Assembly (NCBI GenBank): GCA_039915165.1
Contig: JBDSNU010000007.1
Location: 113,812-177,811, forward strand
Direction of reading: 5' to 3'
DNA length: 64,000 nt
DNA from: Minisyncoccota bacterium
Lineage (GTDB): Bacteria; Patescibacteriota; Minisyncoccia; Phycocordibacterales; UBA9973
The notes under the pieces were generated by a model. The model worked only from the letters and a program-made list of their open reading frames with translations. It ran no database searches and was not told the DNA's origin. The position numbers and the translations under genes are program-made. Shown here one piece after another: positions 56,203 to 64,000 of this stretch (positions are counted from its first letter, which is position 1; every line of letters begins with the position of its first letter).

Positions 56203-57249
56203 TTATTCAAAGTTCCACCACTCTTTATTCTTTATTTCTTTGCCCAGCGTATATACCTCTCCCAACATCGGAGTAACAACCTGATAATTTTTATCCGGTG
56301 CCACAGCCATAAGTCGTTTGATCGGATCGTTCCATGCATGAACTGACAATACAAACTTCCCCCAATGAACTGGGAGCAATACTGTTGTTTTTAGATCAGT
56401 CGCAGCCTGTGCAGTTTGTTCTGGAAACATATGAATCTCGGGCCAGTTTTTGTTGTACTGTCCACACTCAATAAATGCCATATCAAATGGGCCGTGTGTA
56501 TTGCCAATTATTTTAAACTGTTTGTCATATCCAGAATCGCCACCGATAAAAATTTTGACACCATTCAATTCTAAAACAAATGAAGACCACAGTGTCTTGC
56601 CTCGTGTTAAAAATCTGCCAGAAAAATGCCGAGCAGGAAATGCGGTTACTGTTACCGTACTATTCAGCGCAGAAGATTGATGCCAATCAAGCGCAGTAAT
56701 GATCGAACTATCGAATCCCCAATAGTTCAAGTGGGACTGTACCCCTGCAGAAGTAATAATATTTTTAATCTTCCCTTTCAATGCCAGCACTGTCTCATAA
56801 CTTAAATGGTCATAGTGATCGTGTGTGATGATAAGCAAATCAATTTCAGGAAAATCCTCAGGAGTATAAATAGTAGTGCCAGTAAAACCATGCCCAATAA
56901 ATGATACAGGTGAAGCGGGTCCGAACAATACAGGATCAACCAATACCTTGAAGCCTTTATGAGAGATCAAATAACTCGAGTGACCAAACCATACTACTAC
57001 AGGCTCGTCATCAACAAGGTGATGCAAGTCTGCCTTATCAGTTACAAACTGTCTTGAGGGTTTTGTTAATTTAGAAGCATTTACATATGCCTTAATCAGA
57101 TCAAAAAATGAAACATCTTTTGGCATTACTGCTGTCGGTTCAATATTTTCATATCTCTTCCCTCCTCTTGGTGCCTTACCCAACTTTGTAATAATCATCC
57201 TTATAGAATAGCAGAATATAAGGTGACGAGCGACAATAGAAAAGAGCAT
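56203..57249 (-). CDS. MBL-fold metallohydrolase.
   Basis: The motif LIITHDHYDHL (HxHxDH) is present. Confidence 0.65.
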   Translation of the reverse strand: MLFSIVARHLIFCYSIRMIITKLGKAPRGGKRYENIEPTAVMPKDVSFFDLIKAYVNASKLTKPSRQFVTDKADLHHLVDDEPVVVWFGHSSYLISHKGFKVLVDPVLFGPASPVSFIGHGFTGTTIYTPEDFPEIDLLIITHDHYDHLSYETVLALKGKIKNIITSAGVQSHLNYWGFDSSIITALDWHQSSALNSTVTVTAFPARHFSGRFLTRGKTLWSSFVLELNGVKIFIGGDSGYDKQFKIIGNTHGPFDMAFIECGQYNKNWPEIHMFPEQTAQAATDLKTTVLLPVHWGKFVLSVHAWNDPIKRLMAVAPDKNYQVVTPMLGEVYTLGKEIKNKEWWNFE

Positions 57250-57277
57250 AGTTAATTATTAACTACGCTCTTTGTTT

Positions 57278-58456
57278 TTAATGAAACACTTTTTTACTAC
57301 TAAATACGACACCGAAGTTGGCATAATGGGACTGCCCGCCATGCCAGTACACTTTTGTATTAAGCGCAAGCCATGGCAACACATGGTACTTTATGCCTCC
57401 AGTCCAATAGCCGTGTTCGGCTAATAAGGAATTGAAATGCACATAGCGTCCATACGTACCTGTAACAGCAAATCGTCCCAACCATATATCAACACCTGCA
57501 CTGAGCCCCACACTGAAGTGGTCGTAAGATGAAAATGATGATTGGTATGTATTAAGGAAGTTATCATACGTGAAAGGATGGGTGTAATACACCACATCAC
57601 TTCCCGCCTTTAATCCTATAACAGGATTAAGTCGATAATTATATCCAGCATACATACCGATCTGATATAAATTGGATCGGGTCTTGCGTACAATACCGGT
57701 AGTATCGTAATAAAACCATTGGCCGGGTATAGCAGGGTTTTTGAATATCCCCGTTTTTACCACGTCACGACGTCCTGCACCAATACCAAATTCAAAAGAG
57801 TGTCTTGTAACACTATCTTGTGAATGATGGATATGTGTTGGACCTTTACTGGAAAATTGTTGCACAACACCGAGTGTTGCTAACAAAGTGTTAATGCCAT
57901 TATTGGGCATCTGAGTGCACGCATTAGAGTAATGTTGAACATTTACGCCGAATTGCAGCGATGTTGAGGGTCCAATTGATGTTTCCATTTTTGCCCCCAA
58001 CTGCAATACGGCATTCACATGACTGCCAAAAACAAAGTTCTTGTTTGTATAAAATGTTTGCGTAACATATGCCAATCCCAATCCTGGAGATATTAATAAT
58101 CGAGTACTTCCGCTATTCCATAATGAAATGTTCAAGCGACTACTCAGACTATACATATTGCCAATGATCCCTTTCGTTGACTGAACGCCATTACGAGTAA
58201 GATTTTGCACATCGATATACGTTGCGGCAATACTTACACTTTTTACATGCAACATACGAACCCAATCAGCATCATAGTGTGCCATACTGATTTGATAGCT
58301 ACCCTCTATCCCATAAAAATTTCCTTTCAACTTCTCTTGAGATGCCGTAGAAATGTTTATGCCAGCTATAGGCGTTATCGCAATACTATTATTATCTTGA
58401 GCGGCACAATTCTGAACAACAAATAAACTACTGAGAAGTACAATTATTAGTTTCAT
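57278..58456 (-). CDS. Predicted outer-membrane beta-barrel protein, possibly a tandem acyloxyacyl-hydrolase/PagL-like fold.
   Basis: A Bacteroidetes-type signal peptide is present (MKLIIVLLSSLFVVQNCAAQ). Alternating amphipathic beta-strands are rich in G and Y, and the C-terminus is aromatic. Confidence 0.45.
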   Translation of the reverse strand: MKLIIVLLSSLFVVQNCAAQDNNSIAITPIAGINISTASQEKLKGNFYGIEGSYQISMAHYDADWVRMLHVKSVSIAATYIDVQNLTRNGVQSTKGIIGNMYSLSSRLNISLWNSGSTRLLISPGLGLAYVTQTFYTNKNFVFGSHVNAVLQLGAKMETSIGPSTSLQFGVNVQHYSNACTQMPNNGINTLLATLGVVQQFSSKGPTHIHHSQDSVTRHSFEFGIGAGRRDVVKTGIFKNPAIPGQWFYYDTTGIVRKTRSNLYQIGMYAGYNYRLNPVIGLKAGSDVVYYTHPFTYDNFLNTYQSSFSSYDHFSVGLSAGVDIWLGRFAVTGTYGRYVHFNSLLAEHGYWTGGIKYHVLPWLALNTKVYWHGGQSHYANFGVVFSSKKVFH

Positions 58457-58582
58457 ATTTAGTGATTTAATTTTGTGAAAGATCTATTTATTACTTTGTT
58501 ATTACCATATATTTGACATAAAGTCAATATTCTCGTCTTAATACTCTGTACATTTTATAAAAAATATGTATAATTATAAATT

Positions 58583-59818
58583 ATGTCGAAAACACCTACA
58601 ATACGAGTGCTATTTAATGACGCGCATGTCAACATGCCCGGCAGTAAGCAAATTCCTCAAGGTGGGCCTGCACGTTTTGCACAAAACTTTTCTCATTATT
58701 TTGCTGCACATTCAAAAAACATTAGTCTTATCTCAATACTCTTCACTCATGACGAACTAGCAAAAAGTGTGTCTTTTCGAAAAACCACAGCCGCATCACA
58801 TGACTATTATGAAGTGACATACCATAGTGCATCTCTCAGTAATACATTTAAAAATGATTATTCAAAAGCTTCATATATTGATATTCTTTCCCCGTGGATA
58901 AAACAGATCGATGCTATTTTTGACATTGCTCAACCAACAATTGTTTTCCTAAATGGCTTTAGTCTTACAAACTGGATGATTATGGAAGTTGCACATCGCC
59001 GTGGGGTTACAGTATGTACACAACATGCCGGCATTTGGAAAAAAGAACTAGAGGTTGGTAAAGATCGTTTTTCATCATCAGTGCGCACTATTTTTGTTGG
59101 TTTCGAAAAAGAAATTATATCTAAATCTAACCATCTCATATTTCTAAATGATCATAGTCGAAGTACTTTTTTTGCAGTTCATACTATCAAAAAAACTCCG
59201 CTATTATTTGCAAAAACTTCTATCATCCCCCTCCCTCTAGATACTCGTGGTAGCAGGGAAATTTCTCTATCAAAAAAGCCTTTCTATACAATTGGCATGG
59301 TGGCACGGTGGGATAGTATAAAAAATCATGCTGCAATTGCCCGTGTTGCAACATATGTACATAAAAAACAATTGCCATATTCTTTCCATATAGTAACTAA
59401 ATGGGCCAATGGTGTAGTTTCAAACTTTAAAGAAAAATACCAACAACTAGTGACCATTGTTACGCCAATGCAGCCGGATGAATTAAAAAATTTTTATATT
59501 TCCAAAGATATCTTCATCCTACCTTCAAAATTTGAAACATGTGGATCTGTTGTTATGGAAGCAATCCTGTATGGCAAACCGGTAATAATTTCAGACCAAG
59601 TAGGGTGGGTGACGGAGTACAGAAAATTTAAACTGAGTAAGTTGATCATCCCCCCTTCTGCTAGTGGAGAAAAAATTGCAAACACTATTAGTGAATTAAT
59701 AAAAAATAAGGAATTATATATTTCACGTCTTACGCAACTACAAAAACATATCGCGAAAGAGCATTCTCTTCCAGTTGTATTTAAACAGTATTATCAAGTA
59801 TTTAAAAAACTTTCATAA
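58583..59818 (+). CDS. Glycosyltransferase family 4.
   Basis: The GT-B C-terminal domain carries the E-x7-E region ETCGSVVMEAILYGKPVI. Confidence 0.7.
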   Translation: MSKTPTIRVLFNDAHVNMPGSKQIPQGGPARFAQNFSHYFAAHSKNISLISILFTHDELAKSVSFRKTTAASHDYYEVTYHSASLSNTFKNDYSKASYIDILSPWIKQIDAIFDIAQPTIVFLNGFSLTNWMIMEVAHRRGVTVCTQHAGIWKKELEVGKDRFSSSVRTIFVGFEKEIISKSNHLIFLNDHSRSTFFAVHTIKKTPLLFAKTSIIPLPLDTRGSREISLSKKPFYTIGMVARWDSIKNHAAIARVATYVHKKQLPYSFHIVTKWANGVVSNFKEKYQQLVTIVTPMQPDELKNFYISKDIFILPSKFETCGSVVMEAILYGKPVIISDQVGWVTEYRKFKLSKLIIPPSASGEKIANTISELIKNKELYISRLTQLQKHIAKEHSLPVVFKQYYQVFKKLS

Positions 59819-59821
59819 CAT

Positions 59822-60898
59822 ATGACACCACGACACAAAAAACTTCATATTGCGCAAATTGCTCCACTTGGTAGCCCTGTTTCTTCACATCAAAATAAGG
59901 CTATTTATTCTCACATTGGACATCTGGTTGATGGCTTCGCTGCAAAAAAACACATGGTTACTTTGTATGGGGATCCTGCTTCTACTATTAATGGTGACGT
60001 GCGGAGCTCTGTATTCCATTATGATGCAGAGAGTAAGGCGGCAGTAGCTCGCTATGAACAATGGGGTTTGCTTTCTGATTGTTATCTCGACGCTCAACAA
60101 GGCGCTTTTGACATTATCCATAGTCATATGAATGTAATGACTGGATTTTTCTCACGATTGGAAAAGGAAATTCCTACATTGATTTCTATTCACTCGCCAC
60201 TTGAAAACTGGATGAAGCCAATTTTATTAAAACATAAAGATGAAAAATATATTTCATTCTCATTAGCACAGCGCAAACAGTTACCTGAACTCAATTGGTA
60301 TGCCAATATCTACCATGGCGTTGATACTGACCTTTTTGCGTTTGAAAAAGAACCCGAGGATTACGTATTATTTATTGGCAGGCTAACCCACGATAAAGGT
60401 GCTCATGTTGCGATTGCTGCTTGCAAAGAAGCGGGTATACAGTTAAAAATTGCTGGTCGTAGTTATGGCACAGAAACATATTGGCATAATATGATTGAAC
60501 CATTTATTAACGACAGCAGTATTAAATATTTGGGCGAAGTTTCTCTCCAAGAAAAAATCCCGCTTATTCAAAAAGCAAAAGCAATTGTTTTTCCTACATT
60601 TTATCCTGAAGCATTTGGATATGTACTTATTGAAGCAATGGCATGTGGTACTCCTGTTATCGCTTTCCCGAATGGATCAGTACCTGAAATTGTAAAGCAT
60701 GGAGTCACTGGGTTTCTAGTAAAAGACCAGGAAGAAATGGTGGGTGCATTAAAATTGATTGATACCATTGATCGCAAACAGGTACGCAATCGTGCTGAGC
60801 AATTCTTCAGTTTGAAGCGAATGCTGTCTCACTATGACAGTGTATATAATCGTATTATTGCTGATACAAAATTTAAGAAACGAAAGAAAGAGAAATAA
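59822..60898 (+). CDS. Glycosyltransferase family 4.
   Basis: The motif PEAFGYVLIEAMACGTPVIAFPNGSVPEIV is present. Confidence 0.75.
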   Translation: MTPRHKKLHIAQIAPLGSPVSSHQNKAIYSHIGHLVDGFAAKKHMVTLYGDPASTINGDVRSSVFHYDAESKAAVARYEQWGLLSDCYLDAQQGAFDIIHSHMNVMTGFFSRLEKEIPTLISIHSPLENWMKPILLKHKDEKYISFSLAQRKQLPELNWYANIYHGVDTDLFAFEKEPEDYVLFIGRLTHDKGAHVAIAACKEAGIQLKIAGRSYGTETYWHNMIEPFINDSSIKYLGEVSLQEKIPLIQKAKAIVFPTFYPEAFGYVLIEAMACGTPVIAFPNGSVPEIVKHGVTGFLVKDQEEMVGALKLIDTIDRKQVRNRAEQFFSLKRMLSHYDSVYNRIIADTKFKKRKKEK

Positions 60899-60936
60899 TA
60901 TTGTTATAAGCCTTATAAACGTGCTATAAAAGAATT

Positions 60937-61299
60937 ATGAAAAAATATAAAATAGCATTTTGGATCACGACAACTATTATTTTCTTATTCGAGAGTGTTG
61001 CTTCAGCACTGACTTTTCAATCACCTTTAGCAAGAGAAGGCATTGCTCACCTGGGCTATCCTCTGTATTTTGGTGCCCTCCTTATGGTATTCAAAGTAAT
61101 TGGAGGACTGGCATTAATGCTACCTCAAGTTACTAAGCGCCACAAAGAATGGGCATATGTGGGGTTTGGCATTGATTTCATTTGTGCTTTTGTAAGTTAT
61201 GCAGTAGTTGATGGAGTAACAAGTTCATTAATCCTTCCTATAATATTCATGGTAATACTCGCAATCTCATACACTTCTTATCACAAACTGAACGCGTAA
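60937..61299 (+). CDS. DoxX family membrane protein.
   Basis: 120 aa with 4 TM segments and a DoxX-like pattern. Confidence 0.5.
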   Translation: MKKYKIAFWITTTIIFLFESVASALTFQSPLAREGIAHLGYPLYFGALLMVFKVIGGLALMLPQVTKRHKEWAYVGFGIDFICAFVSYAVVDGVTSSLILPIIFMVILAISYTSYHKLNA

Positions 61300-61355
61300 T
61301 AAAAAAGAGCTTCCAGCCGCCTTCGTAACTACGTCGCGCCAAGGAGGCTCTTTTT

Positions 61356-62618
61356 TTATTGCACTTCTCCCAAATAAGGTAACGGTAGACCGTAGACATA
61401 TTTATCAGTAGTGTGGCGAAGCATGCTTTTCTGTAAGCGGTCCTTATTGGATGGCATCGTAGAGAGTACACTCAGACTATTTTGTCCAAACTTTTTGCGT
61501 ATAGCATCAACAGTGTGCATTAACCTCCCTTCCTCGGTAGTGTTTTTTTGCTCACCAAAAAGATCTTCTTGAATATGGATGTCTTTGCGCAACCCCCAGA
61601 CAGTAATTCCAGTAGCTTTGTATCGAATACCTTTTCGTAATAACAATATAACTTGTTCTCGAACAATCGCTGTTATATCTAATACGTTGTTGGTATAACG
61701 TGGCAAAGGAATCGCTATACCCGAATATTTACGGTCAGTGGTTTTAACATAAATACTAAGACCGTTGGTAAATAATCCTTGCTTGCGCATACGAGTAAAT
61801 ACCACATCAGCATTGTGCAGTAATTCGGCGGCGATATATGAGGGGTCTATTGAGGCTGGCATAAATGACCGTGTTGCCTGCAGCGACTTGGACTGAGAAC
61901 GATCATTAGAAACATCAAAACGGTTATGGCCCTTCATTTCATGCCATAATTCTTGAACAGGTGCATTAAAGGTTTCCATAACGCGCTGCTCTGGCCACTG
62001 GGTAAATTCATATGCGGTAGCTACTCGTAATGTTTGGAAGCGTCGAGATAGTCGCCAACCAATACCCCAGACAGACTCTATGCTGGTTTTTTGCAGTACT
62101 TCTTTTTCATCATCAATAGTGACTACTGTGGCGCCATCGGGTTTTTGATATTTTGAAGCCAACTTTGCCAATACTTTTGTGCGAGCCATGCCGAAAGAAT
62201 ACGTTAATCCAATCTGTAATTGGATTTTTTTCTTCAATGCAATAACCCACCCATACACTTGATCTTTGGACCATGCTTCTGGCAAACGTACTAGTGCAAA
62301 ACATTCATCAATGCTGTATTTTTCTAACACTGCAACTTCTGCATCCAGCAATGTACAAAGTTTAAGTGCATAATGGTCATACAATTCGAAATGAGAAGTT
62401 AAGATCGCCACTTGGGGAAATTGTTCTTTAATTTTGAACATAGGCATGCCACGAGTAATACCTAGGCGCTTCGCTTCATATGTCATAGCCATTGCAATGC
62501 CACGCTCTTCACCAACTACTACAGGTTTGCCGTGCAAATGAGGAAAGCGCGCGATTTCACAATATGCAAAAAAGCCGTCGCCATCGATATGAAGTATCCA
62601 TTCTTTTTTCTTAAGCAT
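61356..62618 (-). CDS. umuC: Y-family DNA polymerase (UmuC / Pol V catalytic subunit-like).
   Basis: The N-terminus is ILHIDGDGFFAYCE. The DEC region is SIDECFALV. The gene overlaps upstream umuD by 8 nt. Confidence 0.8.
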   Translation of the reverse strand: MLKKKEWILHIDGDGFFAYCEIARFPHLHGKPVVVGEERGIAMAMTYEAKRLGITRGMPMFKIKEQFPQVAILTSHFELYDHYALKLCTLLDAEVAVLEKYSIDECFALVRLPEAWSKDQVYGWVIALKKKIQLQIGLTYSFGMARTKVLAKLASKYQKPDGATVVTIDDEKEVLQKTSIESVWGIGWRLSRRFQTLRVATAYEFTQWPEQRVMETFNAPVQELWHEMKGHNRFDVSNDRSQSKSLQATRSFMPASIDPSYIAAELLHNADVVFTRMRKQGLFTNGLSIYVKTTDRKYSGIAIPLPRYTNNVLDITAIVREQVILLLRKGIRYKATGITVWGLRKDIHIQEDLFGEQKNTTEEGRLMHTVDAIRKKFGQNSLSVLSTMPSNKDRLQKSMLRHTTDKYVYGLPLPYLGEVQ

Positions 62619-62916
62619 ACTTTCTCACCACTGCTTTCACTACAGCAGTAATACTATAAGAAGTTTTGGCTTGAATAGTATCAAAGTATTTCATTTTCCA
62701 GACACCATCGATTGCAGCAATAACAATGTCACCGCGCTTAGCTTCTACTGCTCTCTCAACAATAACAAAATCTCCTTCACAGATCCCTGCTTCTTGCATC
62801 GCATTGCCACTAACACGCAACATAAATGATGCTTCCCTGTTATCGATCAAATACGCATCCAGAGTGGTGCGGTCTAAAAGATTTTCTTCAGCTGGTGTGG
62901 GAAATGAGTTTTTCAC
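62611..62916 (-). CDS. umuD: UmuD-prime-like S24 peptidase-fold protein; the N-terminal segment containing the UmuD self-cleavage site is absent.
   Basis: The protein aligns to E. coli UmuD from FPSPA onward: SFPTPAEE...RVSGNAM (Ser) ...GDIVIAAIDGVWKMKYF (Lys). The region including the Cys-Gly cleavage site is absent. The start is a GTG. Confidence 0.7.
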   Translation of the reverse strand: MKNSFPTPAEENLLDRTTLDAYLIDNREASFMLRVSGNAMQEAGICEGDFVIVERAVEAKRGDIVIAAIDGVWKMKYFDTIQAKTSYSITAVVKAVVRKYA

Positions 62917-62918
62917 CT

Positions 62919-62943
62919 GTTCAGTATACTGAACGATCGTTCA
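62919..62943. promoter_or_regulatory. Overlapping perfect palindromes at the umuD start: GTTCAGTATACTGAAC and TGAACGATCGTTCA (GAAC-N4-GTTC, Cheo-box-like). Putative LexA operator.
   Basis: Read directly: ctGTTCAGTATACTGAACGATCGTTCAc, 2 nt upstream of the umuD GTG. Confidence 0.5.
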
Positions 62944-63192
62944 CTACTCAATACCCTATTTATTTACGACACACAATTACCAGAGCGATAGTATCTATTA
63001 TTTTTTGATAGTGGTATTTTATATATAGGAATATTTTTTCTTCTCAATTCTTTCTTGACCGGAAGGTTCGGGTAACACGTATTGTTTACAATATGGACTA
63101 AGCGAACCCTAAACCACTATGACAGTTTCTTAGAATTCTTATCTCCCAGTACGACGTCTCCGCAAGGAGGCTTTTTGCATTCTTTTTTTTAT

Positions 63193-63828
63193 TTAATATC
63201 CTTCTGGAAATGCGAATGTTGCAGGAATAGTTTTTGGTAATTGATCAGGAGTACCATAGAACAAAAATAGTTCTTGGTGAGCAGCAAGTACAAACTCACG
63301 AAGATCACCTTGATACAAAGTTCCGTTTACATATAGCTGCAGTACTTTACTATTACCAACAGCGTAGTTACCAATACTAGTAGTAGTAAATTTCAATCCC
63401 CAAATATCGAAAAATTGCCCGAGGGTAAATGTTTGTACTATTGGTGACTCAACGTGAACAATGCCACTAGTATCGTGAACATGGATGGTCGCAATAAACT
63501 GATCAGCTTGATCTATACCAATGTGAGTAGGTACTGGGACCACTTGGCCATCTATCAACATATCTAGATGTTGGTGAATGTGCAGCGCTGTTCCTTCTGC
63601 TGTTAATGCTGGTAGACCAATTGCTGACAAACGCTGCTTCAAGTGGTTGAATTCAGCGGGCCATGGCGCACTTCCTGTTTCAATACCAGGAAGTTGTGTA
63701 GCATCAGTAACTGGTGCTATTGCTTTATGAGCATTACTATATGCCCAAACAATAAGTCCGATAATAACGATTGCTATGCCAGTAAATATATACCATCCTG
63801 AGGTTTTATTGGTTGTTTTTTCATTCAT
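63193..63828 (-). CDS. Hypothetical TM-anchored protein with His-rich motifs.
   Basis: An N-terminal TM segment is present. HIHQH and IHVHD motifs are seen. Confidence 0.35.
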   Translation of the reverse strand: MNEKTTNKTSGWYIFTGIAIVIIGLIVWAYSNAHKAIAPVTDATQLPGIETGSAPWPAEFNHLKQRLSAIGLPALTAEGTALHIHQHLDMLIDGQVVPVPTHIGIDQADQFIATIHVHDTSGIVHVESPIVQTFTLGQFFDIWGLKFTTTSIGNYAVGNSKVLQLYVNGTLYQGDLREFVLAAHQELFLFYGTPDQLPKTIPATFAFPEGY

Positions 63829-63865
63829 ATTAAAATTATACCAAATGACGTATACTATCCCTATA

Positions 63866-64000
63866 TGAATATGATGATCATCGAGTACGTAATTGCGCTT
63901 ATTAGTTCAATAGCACTGGACGGCTTATGGCTGGGAGTGATCTCAAAATCTTGGTACAACAAATATATAGGCGACCTCATGCTTGAAAAACCTCACCTTA
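63866..64000 (+). CDS. Partial (3' truncated by window end) small membrane protein, DUF2177-like.
   Basis: MNMMIIEYVIALISSIALDGLWLGVISKSWYNKYIGDLML... runs open to the window end. Confidence 0.35.

Overview
This is a low-GC, gene-dense bacterial segment that uses the standard genetic code. Several features point to a reduced-genome, CPR/Patescibacteria-like organism: a 493-aa IF-2, a 355-aa pyruvate kinase core, many small secreted or membrane proteins, and very long perfect hairpin terminators.

The core housekeeping blocks are an RsuA-like pseudouridine synthase, engB, gltX, a TrmH/RlmB-like methyltransferase, clpB, a cysteine desulfurase, DUF4446-infB-rbfA, a cluster of four tRNAs, gyrA, rpsA, pth-lepB-hisS-def-fmt, hpf and pyk. 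Accessory material interrupts these blocks:
1. A type II R-M pair (m5C methyltransferase plus an HpaII-like endonuclease) sits next to ClpP-like, YgjP-like, PLD and helicase genes.
2. A 1193-aa secreted beta-helix/lipase surface protein lies next to a bacterial G1 (eqolisin) glutamic peptidase.
3. Five tandem paralogous secreted proteins share a VirB2/TrbC-like two-TM module joined to hypervariable ectodomains. This is the most system-like novelty in the window.
4. A high-GC mosaic zone downstream of tRNA-Asn holds an IS200/IS605 TnpA N-terminal fragment fused in frame to a truncated ABC ATPase, a paralog-recombination junction, phage terminase fragments and a phage-type DNA methyltransferase. 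A native SAM methyltransferase is cut at the right-hand GC boundary.
5. Three 27-28 bp imperfectly palindromic direct repeats are spaced about 350 bp apart.
6. A block of Firmicutes/Bacteroidetes-type small stress proteins, a murD remnant, Bacteroidetes-style secreted proteins including an outer-membrane beta-barrel, a GT4 pair, and umuDC with a natively truncated UmuD-prime-like gene and overlapping GAAC-N4-GTTC palindromes.

All coordinates were derived by hand from the printed sequence and the ORF track. Gene starts are approximate where noted.
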